Shown in pieces: positions 45,748-57,353 of a stretch of DNA of 64,000 nt. Both the position numbers and the translations under genes were made by a program. This DNA is from Hyphomicrobiales bacterium. GTDB taxonomy: Bacteria > Pseudomonadota > Alphaproteobacteria > Rhizobiales > JACESI01. The notes below the pieces were generated by a model. It saw only the letters and a program-made list of their open reading frames with translations, had not been told where the DNA came from and searched no databases. Numbering within the stretch: position 1 is the first letter of the stretch; the number at the start of each line of letters is the position of its first letter. The DNA lies in assembly GCA_039989895.1 (NCBI GenBank), contig JBDXGY010000002.1, positions 117,922 to 181,921 on the forward strand. Reading direction: 5' to 3'.

Positions 45748-47145
45748 ATGAAGTTTTGGAAAAGAACAAAAGAAACAATGTTAATGGCTGGGGCCGCAAT
45801 TTTATTTGCCACCACTGTGTTCACGCCAGCACATGCAGAGCCACTTGATGTAGAAAAAGATGAACTCAAATTAGGGTTCATAAAATTAACCGATATGGCG
45901 CCCCTCGCGGTGGCGGCAGAGCTTGGTTATTTTGAAGACGAAGGGCTTTTCGTCACTCTTGAACCGCAGGCAAACTGGAAAGTGCTGCTTGATCGCGTGA
46001 TCACAGGCGAGCTTGATGGCGCGCACATGTTGGCTGGTCAGCCGATTGCAGCAACGATTGGCTTCGGCACAAAGGCGCACATTGTAACGCCGTTTTCCAT
46101 GGATCTGAATGGTAATGGGATCACCGTCTCCAATGATATATGGGCGCAAATGAAGCCGCATATTCCTCATAAAGATGGCAAGCCGGTTCACCCGATCAAG
46201 GCTGATGCTTTGAAGCCTGTGGTTGAGAAATTTAAAGACGAAGGCAAGCCGTTTAATATGGGTATGGTTTTCCCAGTCTCGACCCACAACTATGAGATCC
46301 GCTATTGGTTGGCTTCCGGTAATATTCACCCTGGATATTATTCACCAACAGATGTGTCTGGCCAAATTCAGGCAGACGCGCTTCTTTCTGTAACGCCGCC
46401 ACCGCAAATGCCAGCCACCATGGAAGCTGGAACAATTCTTGGTTATTCCGTTGGTGAACCATGGAATCAAGCTGCTGTTTTTAAGGGCATCGGCGTTCCG
46501 GTTATCACTGACTATGAAATGTGGAAGAATAATCCGGAGAAGGTTTTCGGTCTGACCAAAAAATTCACGGAAGAAAATCCAAACACCACGCTTGCTTTGA
46601 CCAAAGCGTTGATACGGGCGGGTAAATGGCTTGATGAAAATGATAATGCCAATCGTTTGGAGGCCGTGAAAATTCTTGCTCGCTCTGAATATGTTGGTGC
46701 TGATGAAGAAGTGATCGCCAACTCTATGACGGGTACCTTTGAATATGAAAAAGGTGATAAGCGCTCGGTTCCAGACTTTAACGTCTTCTTCCGTTATTTC
46801 GCGACATATCCGTTTTACTCAGACGCCATTTGGTATCTGACACAAATGCGCCGCTGGGGTCAGATTTCGGAAGCCAAACCTGATAGCTGGTATGATGAAG
46901 TCGCTAAATCTGTTTATCGTCCGGATATTTACCTGAAAGCAGCCGAGCTAGTGGTTGAAGATGGTCATGCCGATAAGGCGGAGTTCCCATGGGATTCGGA
47001 TGGCTACAAAGAGCCGACGCCTGCTGGCGATATCATTGATGGCATTCCTTATGATGGTAAAAAACCAAACGCCTATATCGATAGCCTGAATATTGGCTTG
47101 AAGGGTGCTCAAAAGGTTGAAGGTAGCGAGGTCGTCGGAGGCTAA
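45748..47145 (+). CDS. nrtA: Nitrate ABC transporter substrate-binding protein
   Basis: 465-aa ORF with a signal peptide. NrtA/CmpA-like [17 protein letters not shown] and NGITVSN. Confidence 0.85.
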   Translation: MKFWKRTKETMLMAGAAILFATTVFTPAHAEPLDVEKDELKLGFIKLTDMAPLAVAAELGYFEDEGLFVTLEPQANWKVLLDRVITGELDGAHMLAGQPIAATIGFGTKAHIVTPFSMDLNGNGITVSNDIWAQMKPHIPHKDGKPVHPIKADALKPVVEKFKDEGKPFNMGMVFPVSTHNYEIRYWLASGNIHPGYYSPTDVSGQIQADALLSVTPPPQMPATMEAGTILGYSVGEPWNQAAVFKGIGVPVITDYEMWKNNPEKVFGLTKKFTEENPNTTLALTKALIRAGKWLDENDNANRLEAVKILARSEYVGADEEVIANSMTGTFEYEKGDKRSVPDFNVFFRYFATYPFYSDAIWYLTQMRRWGQISEAKPDSWYDEVAKSVYRPDIYLKAAELVVEDGHADKAEFPWDSDGYKEPTPAGDIIDGIPYDGKKPNAYIDSLNIGLKGAQKVEGSEVVGG

Positions 47146-47163
47146 GGCTAACGGCAAACAGGG

Positions 47164-47190
47164 GTGAGGCCAGAAAGCTACTGGCCTCAC
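47164..47190 (+). promoter_or_regulatory. Intercistronic stem-loop between nrtA and nrtB
   Basis: gtgaggccag aaagcta ctggcctcac: a 10-bp perfect stem. Confidence 0.5.
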
Positions 47191-47259
47191 TCCGCTCTCT
47201 TCATATCCCATAGTTCCATTTTCATAACTTAACTACTGACGACACATAGGACCAAAATA

Positions 47260-48336
47260 ATGGCCGATACATCCAATACTCTTTCTGCTGAAAAGACGGA
47301 AAGACGAGAGAAAATTTTTACTGCAATTAATAAAGCGAGCAGCTGGTTAGAGGCGCTCGGTTTTTCATGGTTGACGCCCATGTTAAAAATGGCGGCTGGT
47401 GATAGCCCGAAAGAGCAGCTCAGCGAATTAAAGCGTGTGCTTGTGATCCCACTTGTTGGCATTATGGTGTTTTTGCTGGCTTGGGGTGTGCTTGCGCCAA
47501 AAGTTCAGACGTCGCTCGGTTCTGTGCCCGGCCCCGTGCAAGTTTGGGAGCAGGTTGGCAATTTGTGGCAAGACCATGTGCGTGAGCGCGAGAAGGCTGA
47601 GAAGTTCTTTGAGCGGCAAGAAAAGCGTAACGCAAAGCTGATTGCTGCGGGTAAAGCAGATAAGGTAAAACAGCGTAGCTATACAGGTAAGCCGACCTAT
47701 ATTGACCAGATCGTTACGTCATTGTTCACTGTGGCGCTTGGGTTCATCATTGCGACAGCCATTGCTGTGCCTTTGGGCATTGCGTCTGGTTTATCGCGCA
47801 CTTTCAATGGCGCCATCAATCCCTTGATTCAAATTTTTAAACCGGTCTCGCCACTTGCGTGGCTGCCTATTGTTACGATGATTATTTCTGCGACCTATGC
47901 AAGCCCATGGGAGTGGATGCCAAAATCATTGTTGATTTCAGCTGTGACCGTGACGCTTTGTTCGATGTGGCCAACCCTTATCAATACAGCCCTCGGTGTG
48001 GCGTCTGTTGATAAGGATTTGATGAATGTCGGGCGCGTGCTTCAACTGCCCACATGGAAGACGATTACCAAGCTTGTTCTGCCGTCTTCATTACCGCTGA
48101 TCTTTACGGGTCTGCGGCTGTCATTGGGTGTGGGCTGGATGGTGCTGATTGCGGCTGAAATGCTGGCGCAAAATCCGGGTCTTGGCAAATTTGTCTGGGA
48201 TGAATTCCAAAATGGTTCTTCAAGTTCGCTTGCCAAAATCATGGTGGCTGTTCTGACCATCGGGATCATCGGTTTTATGCTGGATCGCTTGATGTTTGCT
48301 CTGCAGCGCGCCTTTACCTTTTCTGCGAACCGTTGA
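47260..48336 (+). CDS. nrtB: Nitrate ABC transporter permease
   Basis: 358-aa ORF with an NrtB-type long N-terminal region and a conserved permease core ([28 protein letters not shown]). Confidence 0.85.
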   Translation: MADTSNTLSAEKTERREKIFTAINKASSWLEALGFSWLTPMLKMAAGDSPKEQLSELKRVLVIPLVGIMVFLLAWGVLAPKVQTSLGSVPGPVQVWEQVGNLWQDHVREREKAEKFFERQEKRNAKLIAAGKADKVKQRSYTGKPTYIDQIVTSLFTVALGFIIATAIAVPLGIASGLSRTFNGAINPLIQIFKPVSPLAWLPIVTMIISATYASPWEWMPKSLLISAVTVTLCSMWPTLINTALGVASVDKDLMNVGRVLQLPTWKTITKLVLPSSLPLIFTGLRLSLGVGWMVLIAAEMLAQNPGLGKFVWDEFQNGSSSSLAKIMVAVLTIGIIGFMLDRLMFALQRAFTFSANR

Positions 48337-48346
48337 GGGCTGTGAC

Positions 48347-50104
48347 ATGAGTTTATTAGAAATTACAGACCTTTCTAAACATTATGGTGAGGGCGCTGCC
48401 CGCACTGATGTTTTAAGCGACATAAATCTTAAAGTTGAGGATGGCGAGTTTATTGCCATCGTCGGATTTTCTGGTTCAGGTAAAACAACGTTAATTTCCG
48501 CGCTGGCGGGCCTCATCACACCTGATCGTGGTGGCATCATTTTCAAAGGTAAAGAAATCGACGGACCAAGTTCTGATCGTGGTGTGGTGTTCCAGTCATA
48601 TTCCTTGATGCCGTGGCTAACCGTGAGCGGCAATGTGGATTTGGCAGTGGCCGAGGTTTTTAAGAAAAAACCAAAAGCTGAGCGCAAAGAGATCGTCGAT
48701 AAATATATCGATATGGTGGGCTTAAGTCATGCGGCAGACAGGATGCCATCGGAGCTTTCCGGCGGCATGCGCCAGCGTGTGGCGGTTGCCCGTGCGCTTG
48801 CGATCCAGCCTGAGGTGTTGCTTCTTGATGAACCCCTGTCGGCATTGGATGCGCTGACCCGCGCGAAACTGCAAGATGAATTTGCGGACATTTCTCAAAA
48901 AGAGAAAAAGACGATCATTCTCATCACTAATGATGTGGATGAGGCGATCTTGCTGGCCGATCGGATCATTCCATTGACGCCAGGTCCTAAGGCGACCTTT
49001 GGACCAGAATTCAAAGTCGATCTTGCGCGGCCACGCGATCGCGGGGCGATGAATTCAGATGAAACTTTTATGAAGTTGCGTGCAGATGTGACGGCCTATT
49101 TGATGGAAGTTGGGCTGGAGCGCGGTGCTGATCTCGACAAAGATATTACGCTGCCGAATGTGACGCCGTTTTTCCGTAAAGACGATTTGCCAAAAGCCTA
49201 TAAAGACGTGGCAGAAGCGCCAACTATTGCGGAAGATAAATATCTTGAATTTTCTAAACTGACCAAGGTTTACCCAACGCCAAAAGGTCCGTTGACGGTG
49301 ATTGAAGATGTTGATTTGAAGATGAAAAAGGGTGAGTTTATCACCTTGATTGGCCATTCTGGTTGCGGTAAATCGACAGCGCTTTCCATGGTGGCGGGAT
49401 TGAATGAAATCACTAAAGGCTCGGTCATTTTGGATGGTAAACATGTCACGAAGGCGGGGCCTGACCGGGCTGTTGTGTTTCAGGCACCTAGCCTACTTCC
49501 TTGGTTGAGCGCTTATGACAATGTGGCGCTTGGCGTGGATAAAGTTTATCCGGATGCCTCAAAGGCTGAAAAGCGTGATGTGTGCGAATATTATCTGTCA
49601 AAAGTTGGCCTTGGTGACAGCATGGAAAAGGCAGCATCTGACCTTTCCAATGGTATGAAGCAACGTGTGGGTATTGCCCGTGCTTTTGCTTTGTCGCCAA
49701 AACTTCTTCTGCTTGATGAGCCTTTTGGCATGCTTGATAGCCTGACACGTTGGGAGCTGCAAGATGTGTTGATGGATGTGTGGAAGCGCACACAGGTGAC
49801 GGCTATTTGCGTCACCCACGATGTGGATGAAGCCATTTTATTGGCTGATCGTGTGGTGATGATGTCGAACGGTCCGAATGCTAAAATCGGCAATATTATG
49901 GAAGTCGATTTACCGCGTCCGCGCTCGCGCAAGGAATTGTTGAACCACCCAGATTATTACGCCTACCGCGAAGAGCTTCTTGATTTTCTTGAAGCGTATG
50001 AAGGCGGTGCTGATCCAAGCGAGGATCAACTTAAATCGATTGAAGCCAAGCGCGCAGCTCGCATCGAGCGTCAGCGTATGGCTGTTACGGAGGCTGCAGA
50101 ATAA
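48347..50104 (+). CDS. nrtC: Nitrate ABC transporter ATP-binding protein with two fused ABC ATPase domains
   Basis: Start is the ATG at 48347 (GAGGG upstream). Two full cassettes: [29 protein letters not shown] and [29 protein letters not shown]. Confidence 0.85.
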   Translation: MSLLEITDLSKHYGEGAARTDVLSDINLKVEDGEFIAIVGFSGSGKTTLISALAGLITPDRGGIIFKGKEIDGPSSDRGVVFQSYSLMPWLTVSGNVDLAVAEVFKKKPKAERKEIVDKYIDMVGLSHAADRMPSELSGGMRQRVAVARALAIQPEVLLLDEPLSALDALTRAKLQDEFADISQKEKKTIILITNDVDEAILLADRIIPLTPGPKATFGPEFKVDLARPRDRGAMNSDETFMKLRADVTAYLMEVGLERGADLDKDITLPNVTPFFRKDDLPKAYKDVAEAPTIAEDKYLEFSKLTKVYPTPKGPLTVIEDVDLKMKKGEFITLIGHSGCGKSTALSMVAGLNEITKGSVILDGKHVTKAGPDRAVVFQAPSLLPWLSAYDNVALGVDKVYPDASKAEKRDVCEYYLSKVGLGDSMEKAASDLSNGMKQRVGIARAFALSPKLLLLDEPFGMLDSLTRWELQDVLMDVWKRTQVTAICVTHDVDEAILLADRVVMMSNGPNAKIGNIMEVDLPRPRSRKELLNHPDYYAYREELLDFLEAYEGGADPSEDQLKSIEAKRAARIERQRMAVTEAAE

Positions 50105-52551
50105 TGGCCCAAAAACTTGTAATAATCGGCAACGGCATGGCGCCTGGACGGATGCTTGAAGATCTCTTCGATAAAGCGCCTGAAGCCTATGATGTCACTA
50201 TCTTTAATGCTGAACCACGTGTGAATTATAACCGTCTTATGTTGTCGCCTGTGCTTTCTGGCGAAAAGACATATGAAGATATCATCACGCATGATGATGC
50301 TTGGTATGAAGAGCATAATGTGACGCTTCATAAGGCGGCGCGGATTGCAAAAATTGACCGTGAGGCAAAGACGGTGACGTCTGAGGCTGGGGTTACAGAG
50401 CTCTATGACAAACTGGTGGTGGCAACGGGCTCCAACCCCTTTATCATTCCGCTCCCCGGTCATGATCTTGATGGTGTTCTCACCTATCGCGATTTGGATG
50501 ATGTGGAGCGCATGATTACGGTTGCCAAAGGCGAGGGGACTGCTGTTGTTATCGGTGGCGGTCTTTTAGGCCTTGAGGCGGCGGCCGGTTTGAAAGCGCA
50601 AGGCATGGATGTGGTGGTGTTGCATCTGATGCCAACCTTGATGGAGCGCCAGCTTGATCCGGCGGCAGGCTATTTGCTTGAAAAGGCCTTTGATGATCTT
50701 GGAATTCGAGTGATTACTGAGGCGAACACCAAAGAGATCATCGGCAAGGGTGGCAAAGTTTCTGCGGTGCATCTTGAGGATGGTACAGAGCTATCTTGTG
50801 AAATGGTGGTGATGGCTGTTGGTATTCGCCCGAGCATGGATTTGGCGAAAGAGGCGGGTATTGAAACCAATCGCGGGGTCTTAGTGAGCGATGATATGCT
50901 CACATCTGACCCTGATATTTATGCGCTTGGGGAATGCGTCGAGCACCGTGATCAATGTTATGGGCTTGTCGCGCCGCTTTATGAAATGGCCAGCACGATT
51001 GCTGAAAATCTTATCGGTGGTGAAGCGATCTATGAAGGCTCGGTAACCGCTACGAAGCTCAAAGTAACAGGGATTGATCTTTATTCTGCGGGTGATTTTG
51101 CTGAAGGCAATGAGCGCGAAGAAATTGTTCTGCGCGATGCCTCAAGCGGGGTCTATAAGCGGCTTGTTTTGAAGGATAATAAAATTATCGGCGCTGTCCT
51201 TTATGGAGAGACCGCAGATGGACCTTGGTTCTTTGATCTTCTTAAAAAACAAACCGATGTCTCCGAAATGCGTGAGACATTAATCTTCGGTCAAGCCTAT
51301 CAGGGGAGTGCCCCCCTGGACCCTATGGCGGCCGTTGCAGCCTTGCCGGATGATGCGGAAATCTGCGGCTGTAGCGGCGTTTGTAAAGGCGCAATCGTCT
51401 CAAAGATTACAGACATGGGTCTGACCAATCTTGACGATGTGCGCGCCCACACGAAAGCATCATCTTCGTGTGGCACATGTACCGGTCTTGTTGAACAAAT
51501 TATGTCATTGACCTTGGGCGATGATTACAACCCCGCAGCGGTGCAGCCCATGTGTGGTTGTACTGATTTGGGCCATGGTGATGTGCGCCGTTTGATCAAG
51601 GCAAAGGGGCTGAAAACGATTCCGGCTGTTATGCAAGAGCTTGAGTGGTCAACATCAAACGGCTGTGCCAAATGTCGTCCCGCCCTCAACTATTATTTGG
51701 TCTGTGATTGGCCGGATGAATATGCTGATGATTATCAGTCACGCTTCATCAATGAACGGGTGCATGCGAATATTCAAAAAGACGGCACCTATTCTGTTGT
51801 CCCGCGTATGTGGGGTGGTATGACGTCTGCCCATGAACTGCGCACCATTGCTGACGTGGTTGATAAATACGAAATCCCTGCTGTGAAATGTACGGGTGGT
51901 ATGCGTATCGATATGTTGGGCATCAAGAAAGAAGACCTTCCCGGTGTTTGGGCTGACCTTGGCAAAGCGGGGTTTGTTTCTGGCCAAGCCTATGCGAAGG
52001 GGTTGCGCACAGTGAAAACATGCGTTGGCGAGAATTGGTGTCGCTTTGGGACGCAAGATTCTACGGGCCTTGGTATCAAGCTTGAAAAGTTTATGTGGGG
52101 ATCTTGGACGCCTGCAAAACTGAAGCTCGCCGTCTCTGGCTGTCCGCGCAATTGCGCGGAAGCAACCTGCAAGGACATTGGCGTTATCTGCGTGGATTCA
52201 GGTTTTGAACTTCACTTCGCGGGAGCCGCTGGTCTTGACATTAAAGGCACTGAGATTCTTGGCAATGTGACAACCGAGGATGAGGTGATGGAACATGTTG
52301 TGGCGCTTGCCCAAATGTACCGAGAGCAGGGTTTCTATCTGGAGCGGATTTACAAATGGGCCAAGCGTATTGGTCTTGATGAAATCCGGTCACAAATTAT
52401 GGACCAGCCAGAAAAACGCAAAGCTTACTATGAGCGCTTTGTCTTCAGCCAAAAATTTGCGCAGGTCGATCCGTGGAGTGAGCGCGTTTCAGGCAAGGAC
52501 AAACATGAATTTAACCCGATGGCGACTTTGCCTTTAGAAGCTGCTGAATAA
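50104..52551 (+). CDS. nirB: Assimilatory nitrite reductase [NAD(P)H] large subunit
   Basis: 815-aa ORF with an FAD/NAD Rossmann N-terminus, a BFD-like [2Fe-2S] segment (CGCSGVCKG...CGTCTG), and a sirohaem/4Fe-4S region (TCVGENWCRFG, SGCPRNCAE). Confidence 0.95.
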   Translation: MAQKLVIIGNGMAPGRMLEDLFDKAPEAYDVTIFNAEPRVNYNRLMLSPVLSGEKTYEDIITHDDAWYEEHNVTLHKAARIAKIDREAKTVTSEAGVTELYDKLVVATGSNPFIIPLPGHDLDGVLTYRDLDDVERMITVAKGEGTAVVIGGGLLGLEAAAGLKAQGMDVVVLHLMPTLMERQLDPAAGYLLEKAFDDLGIRVITEANTKEIIGKGGKVSAVHLEDGTELSCEMVVMAVGIRPSMDLAKEAGIETNRGVLVSDDMLTSDPDIYALGECVEHRDQCYGLVAPLYEMASTIAENLIGGEAIYEGSVTATKLKVTGIDLYSAGDFAEGNEREEIVLRDASSGVYKRLVLKDNKIIGAVLYGETADGPWFFDLLKKQTDVSEMRETLIFGQAYQGSAPLDPMAAVAALPDDAEICGCSGVCKGAIVSKITDMGLTNLDDVRAHTKASSSCGTCTGLVEQIMSLTLGDDYNPAAVQPMCGCTDLGHGDVRRLIKAKGLKTIPAVMQELEWSTSNGCAKCRPALNYYLVCDWPDEYADDYQSRFINERVHANIQKDGTYSVVPRMWGGMTSAHELRTIADVVDKYEIPAVKCTGGMRIDMLGIKKEDLPGVWADLGKAGFVSGQAYAKGLRTVKTCVGENWCRFGTQDSTGLGIKLEKFMWGSWTPAKLKLAVSGCPRNCAEATCKDIGVICVDSGFELHFAGAAGLDIKGTEILGNVTTEDEVMEHVVALAQMYREQGFYLERIYKWAKRIGLDEIRSQIMDQPEKRKAYYERFVFSQKFAQVDPWSERVSGKDKHEFNPMATLPLEAAE

Positions 52552-52901
52552 TGGGTGAGGTAATTGAAATGAATGCAATAACAGAAAACTGGGTGAGTGT
52601 TGGAGACATAACCGACATTCCGCGTCTTGGTGCGCGCTGTGTTAAAGCGGGTGAAATTACAATTGCGATTTTTAGGACAGCAGAAGATCAAGTCTTTGCG
52701 CTAGAAGATAAGTGTCCGCATAAAGCAGGACCGCTTAGCAATGGTATCGTGCATGATGGATGCGTTACCTGTCCGCTGCATAATTGGGTGATCTCTCTGA
52801 AAACGGGTGAAGCACAAGGTGCTGATGAAGGCGCGACGATGAGCTACCCAATCAAGATGGATGGCGACACGATCTTGCTTGATATGGGGGTCATTCGGTG
52901 A
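52551..52901 (+). CDS. nirD: Nitrite reductase small subunit (Rieske-like)
   Basis: 116-aa ORF: CPHKAGPLSNG...CPLHNW. Confidence 0.9.
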   Translation: MGEVIEMNAITENWVSVGDITDIPRLGARCVKAGEITIAIFRTAEDQVFALEDKCPHKAGPLSNGIVHDGCVTCPLHNWVISLKTGEAQGADEGATMSYPIKMDGDTILLDMGVIR

Positions 52902-55552
52902 CCACTACGAAGACCACCTGTCCTTATTGCGGCGTTGGTTGTGGAGTTCTTGCGACACGTGAAGCGGATGGTTCTGTCAGCATCAAAGGCGACCCGGATC
53001 ATCCCGCCAACTTTGGGCGTTTGTGCTCGAAAGGTTCAGCCCTTGGCGAAACGCTCGATTTGGAAGGACGTCTGCTTTATCCGGAAATAAGCGGGGAGCG
53101 AGCTTCTTGGGATCAAGCGCTTGATCTTGTGGCCGATAAGTTCTCTAAAGCGATTGCCGAGCATGGGCCTGATAGCGTTGCCTTTTATGTTTCCGGTCAA
53201 ATTCTGACCGAGGATTATTATGTCGCCAATAAGCTGATGAAAGGCTTTATTGGTTCGGCCAATATCGACACTAATTCGCGACTTTGCATGGCGTCTTCGG
53301 TTGCGGGACATCGTCGTGCCTTTGGGACAGACACGGTTCCCGGCACCTATGAAGATTTAGAGCTTGCCGATCTTATCATTCTGGTTGGTTCGAACTTGGC
53401 GTGGTGCCATCCGGTTATCTATCAGCGTATTGCTGCGACGAAAGAAGCGCGCCCTGAGATGAAGGTTGTGCTGATTGACCCACGCCGCACAATGACCGCT
53501 GATCTGGCCGACCATCATTTGGCAATTAAGCCTGATGGCGATGTTGCTTTGTTTAATGGGCTTTTGGCGCATCTGTCTAAGAGCAGCGTGCTCGATCATG
53601 ATTATATTGAGGCTCATACATCGGGTTTTGAAGATGCTTTGGTCGCTGCTTCGGGTATGTCATCAGATCAACTGTGTGAACACACTGGCCTTGAGCTGGA
53701 TGAATTGAATGCGTTTTATGACTTGGTGAGCGCCACACAAAAGACGGTGACGGTTTATTCTCAAGGCGTGAACCAGTCTTCTAGTGGCAGCGATAAGGTC
53801 AATGCGATCATCAATTGTCATTTAGCAACGGGGCGCATTGGTCGGCCTGGCATGGGGCCGTTTTCGATCACAGGTCAGCCCAATGCCATGGGTGGGCGTG
53901 AAGTGGGCGGGCTTGCGAATATGCTGGCCTCTCATATGAATATTGAAAATGCGGATCATCGCGATTTGGTTCAAGAATTTTGGCAATCGCCGACAATCGC
54001 GGATAGGCAAGGCCTGAAAGCGGTCGATATGTTTAAGGCTGTTGGGGATGGTCGCATTAAAGCGCTTTGGATTATGGCGACCAATCCGGTTGATAGCATG
54101 CCGGATGCGGACCGTGTGCAAGAAGCCATCAAAAATTGTCCTTTTGTTGTTGTCTCAGATGTAGCGGCCACCACAGATACGGTGCGTCATGGACATGTTA
54201 AATTGCCAGCGATGGGGTGGGGCGAAAAAGATGGCACTGTGACCAATTCAGAGCGGCGCATCTCGCATCAGAAATCTTTTCTGAGCGCTCCCGCAGACGC
54301 GAAAGCAGATTGGTGGCACATGGCCGAAGTCGCTAAACGGATGGGTTTTCAAGAGGCTTTTGAGTGGGAAAATAGTGCAGCAATATTCAGAGAATTTGCA
54401 GCGCTCTCCGCCTACAAGAATGAGGGTGAACGAGACTTTGATATTGGCGCTTATGCTGCAATCAATACCAAAGACTATCATGAGCTTGAACCATTTCAAT
54501 GGCCGCAAGCATTAGGGGAGGGGCTCAAGGAAACGCGCTTTTTTGCTGAGGGTGATTTTTATACGCCTGATCGCAAAGGTCGCTTTTTATCTGTTGCCGC
54601 TGAACCGAAAAATTATAGCACGCCATCGCATCCCTTTATATTGAACACAGGCCGTGTGCGCGATCATTGGCACACTATGACGCGAACTGGTAAAACGGCA
54701 CGCTTATCGTCACATATGGCTGAGCCCTATGTTGAAATTCACCCAAAGGATGCGATAAGCCTTGGCATTGGGGATGCGGACCTTGTTCGAGTTTCAAATG
54801 ATAATGGTGAGATTATCGTGCGTGCGCTGATTACGGATCGTCAACGAAGCGGTTCGGTCTTTGTGCCAATGCACTGGACGGATCAATTCTCAGGCAAGGC
54901 ACGGGTTGATACTTTGGTGCCACCTGTAACGGATGCGTTCTCAGGTCAGCCTGCATTGAAAACCAGTAGCGTTCAGCTATCGCGCTATCAAGCAGTGCAA
55001 TATGGGTTTTTGATCAGCCGTAATGAACCGTGCTTTGATAAGGTGCCCTATTGGTCGAAAGCCCGGTGTAATGCTGGTTGGCAGGCTGAAATTGGTTTTG
55101 ATGCGGTTATTGAAAGCCCAACTGATTTTGCTGCAAAGTTGTTTGATATCCCTGAAGACATCATACCACTGACCTATAATGACGAACGGCAAGGTGAGGC
55201 AAGATGTGCTTGGTTTGATGGCAACACTTTGCACTCGGCGATTTATCTTTCAGCCAGTCCTGTATCGGCCTCACGCAGTTTGCTGATTGCGCTGATGGGT
55301 GAAGAACAGGATAATCTTGCTGCTCGCGCCCATGTTTTGGCCGCCCGTCCAAGCGCAGATATGCCAGACAAAGGTGCTATTATTTGTTCTTGTTATAATG
55401 TTGGTGCCAATGAGATAGTTACTGCTGCGGCTGGGGGGTGTCATAGTGTTGGTATGATAGGCGAGCGGTTGAATGCCGGTACGAATTGCGGTTCATGCCG
55501 AAGTGAAATTGCGGGGATCATTGGTCTGAACAAATTAGAAGCTGCGGAGTAA
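52898..55552 (+). CDS. nasA: Assimilatory nitrate reductase catalytic subunit (molybdopterin), with a C-terminal BFD-like [2Fe-2S] domain
   Basis: 884-aa ORF with an N-terminal CPYCGVGCG...C 4Fe-4S motif, MopB-type domains and a C-terminal CSCYNVG...CGSC. Confidence 0.9.
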   Translation: MTTTKTTCPYCGVGCGVLATREADGSVSIKGDPDHPANFGRLCSKGSALGETLDLEGRLLYPEISGERASWDQALDLVADKFSKAIAEHGPDSVAFYVSGQILTEDYYVANKLMKGFIGSANIDTNSRLCMASSVAGHRRAFGTDTVPGTYEDLELADLIILVGSNLAWCHPVIYQRIAATKEARPEMKVVLIDPRRTMTADLADHHLAIKPDGDVALFNGLLAHLSKSSVLDHDYIEAHTSGFEDALVAASGMSSDQLCEHTGLELDELNAFYDLVSATQKTVTVYSQGVNQSSSGSDKVNAIINCHLATGRIGRPGMGPFSITGQPNAMGGREVGGLANMLASHMNIENADHRDLVQEFWQSPTIADRQGLKAVDMFKAVGDGRIKALWIMATNPVDSMPDADRVQEAIKNCPFVVVSDVAATTDTVRHGHVKLPAMGWGEKDGTVTNSERRISHQKSFLSAPADAKADWWHMAEVAKRMGFQEAFEWENSAAIFREFAALSAYKNEGERDFDIGAYAAINTKDYHELEPFQWPQALGEGLKETRFFAEGDFYTPDRKGRFLSVAAEPKNYSTPSHPFILNTGRVRDHWHTMTRTGKTARLSSHMAEPYVEIHPKDAISLGIGDADLVRVSNDNGEIIVRALITDRQRSGSVFVPMHWTDQFSGKARVDTLVPPVTDAFSGQPALKTSSVQLSRYQAVQYGFLISRNEPCFDKVPYWSKARCNAGWQAEIGFDAVIESPTDFAAKLFDIPEDIIPLTYNDERQGEARCAWFDGNTLHSAIYLSASPVSASRSLLIALMGEEQDNLAARAHVLAARPSADMPDKGAIICSCYNVGANEIVTAAAGGCHSVGMIGERLNAGTNCGSCRSEIAGIIGLNKLEAAE

Positions 55553-55569
55553 TTGAACAGGCAGCAGGA

Positions 55570-56043
55570 TTAGTTCTTGTTGTCGATCGCAGTCACCTGC
55601 TCGCACCAGCTTTTTCTTGCTTTATTGCGGCGATAGGGTCTGGCTATATCTTCTTTCAATAAAACATCGCCAACAGAGATGCCGTTGGCATTGTCGACAA
55701 AGGCGATAACGCGGCCACCGTATTTGCCTTGTGAAATATTACGCAAGGTGACGGGCATTGAGCCTTTTGATATTTTAACAAGAGAGGCAAGCCGCTGGCG
55801 GGCTTTTTGGGCAAGTCTGCGCTCCAAGGGGCAGGAAGCAGAAAGCTCGGGTGTGTCAATGCCACGCAAGCGCACAGAGATGTCTATTGTCTGACCAATC
55901 CAGATTTTAGCCCGTACTTTAAGGGTATCCCCGTCGACCACCCGAACAACAGTGGCGGGTATAGGACCGCGTAGACGTTCTGCGGAAAGTGCTGTGGGGG
56001 ATGCAAAAATGCATAGAAAAAGGAGAAGCCAACGAATCATCAT
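55570..56043 (-). CDS. Secreted thermonuclease (SNase-like) family protein
   Basis: 157-aa ORF with a signal peptide. VVDGDTLKV...VRLRGIDTPE...GKYGGRV motifs. Confidence 0.8.
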   Translation of the reverse strand: MMIRWLLLFLCIFASPTALSAERLRGPIPATVVRVVDGDTLKVRAKIWIGQTIDISVRLRGIDTPELSASCPLERRLAQKARQRLASLVKISKGSMPVTLRNISQGKYGGRVIAFVDNANGISVGDVLLKEDIARPYRRNKARKSWCEQVTAIDNKN

Positions 56044-56086
56044 GGCGTGATTTTTAGGCTAAAATTCCTAGGAATACAATCTTAAA

Positions 56087-56293
56087 TTAGAAATCGCTGA
56101 TAATGCCGTCTTTTTCCCAGTCGCCATATCTTATTGCTTCTGGGCCATCCCGCCCATTGATTTCTTTGGGACGTTGGGTGATTTGTGCATCGCGTTTGGT
56201 GCGCCGTTCAGCGGCCTCTTTGAGTGCGCGTTCGGCTGCTGGGGTTAGCTTTTTTTTTGGCGTGTCGGCTTCTTCCACGTGGAGGACATCCAT
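56087..56293 (-). CDS. DUF1674 domain protein (SDHAF4-like)
   Basis: 68-aa ORF with the C-terminal pattern EINGRDGPEAIRYGDWEKDGIISDF characteristic of DUF1674. Confidence 0.75.
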   Translation of the reverse strand: MDVLHVEEADTPKKKLTPAAERALKEAAERRTKRDAQITQRPKEINGRDGPEAIRYGDWEKDGIISDF

Positions 56294-56365
56294 TGTAGTT
56301 TTTATTTATTGATACCATATACTGAATACAGTCAGCTTTGAAAGTCTAACACGAGGTATGATGCG

Positions 56366-57286
56366 TTGAATTATGCAAAAACAGGTTTGCTTCTTGCCGT
56401 AATAACGGGGCTTTTCGTTAGTATTGGGTTTTTGCTTGGTGGCACAGGCGGCATGGTGATTGCTTTTGGCATCGCGGTTGCCATGAATGTCTTTAGTTAT
56501 TGGAACTCGGATAAAATGGTCTTGCGTATGCATAATGCGCGCGAGGTCGATGAACAATCAGCGCCTGAATATTATAATATGGTGGCGGAATTGGCTGATA
56601 ATGCGGATCTGCCGATGCCTGCGGTTTATATTATTGAGCAAGCCCAACCAAATGCCTTTGCAACCGGTCGAAATCCAGAAAATGCAGCCGTGGCAGCAAC
56701 AACAGGCCTGCTTGATATGCTTTCTTATGAAGAAATCGAAGGCGTGATGGCGCATGAGCTGGCCCATGTACAAAACCGCGATACGCTGATTATGACAATC
56801 ACGGCAACTTTTGCTGGCGCGATTTCGATGCTGGCAAATTTTGCTATGTTCTTCGGCAATAACCGAAACAATCCGCTTGGTATTGTTGGGGTTATTTTGA
56901 TGATGTTTCTAGCACCCATGGCGGCGGCTCTTGTGCAAATGGCGATCAGTCGGACACGTGAATATGCGGCTGATAAGCGCGGTGCGGAGATTTGTCGAAA
57001 CCCGCGTGGCTTAGCGCAAGCTTTGGTCAAAATTTCAAATGGTGCTGCGCAAATTACAAATGATGAGGCGGAGCGTAATCCGGCGACTGCGCATATGTTC
57101 ATTATCAATCCGCTTAATGGGCAGCGTATGGATGGCTTGTTTTCAACGCATCCCAATACACAAAACCGGATTGATGCTTTGATGGCCTTTGAACAAGAAT
57201 TTATACCGCCGGTGGGTGGGAGAAAAAGTAGAAGTTCAATACCCAATACAGGGGCTGGGCAGCGGCGAGAAGGGCCTTGGGGCTAA
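56366..57286 (+). CDS. htpX: Zinc metalloprotease HtpX homologue
   Basis: 306-aa ORF (TTG start) with TM helices, HELAHV zinc motif and [11 protein letters not shown]. Confidence 0.9.
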   Translation: MNYAKTGLLLAVITGLFVSIGFLLGGTGGMVIAFGIAVAMNVFSYWNSDKMVLRMHNAREVDEQSAPEYYNMVAELADNADLPMPAVYIIEQAQPNAFATGRNPENAAVAATTGLLDMLSYEEIEGVMAHELAHVQNRDTLIMTITATFAGAISMLANFAMFFGNNRNNPLGIVGVILMMFLAPMAAALVQMAISRTREYAADKRGAEICRNPRGLAQALVKISNGAAQITNDEAERNPATAHMFIINPLNGQRMDGLFSTHPNTQNRIDALMAFEQEFIPPVGGRKSRSSIPNTGAGQRREGPWG

Positions 57287-57353
57287 GTTCTAATCTTGGG
57301 GTATGATAGAAATCATGTGACAAGTGCGGGTAAATCGCTAAAACGGGAAATTC

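Noticed and set aside
56725-57246. 173-aa ORF antisense to htpX. Similar long antisense ORFs occur at 35427-35909, 44003-44410, 45886-46329, 30897-31340, 31799-32242, 59487-59933 and elsewhere.
   Set aside because: They lie entirely within strongly supported genes on the other strand, have biased low-complexity composition (Ser/Arg/Ala/Pro-rich) and no recognisable motifs. They are typical shadow ORFs.
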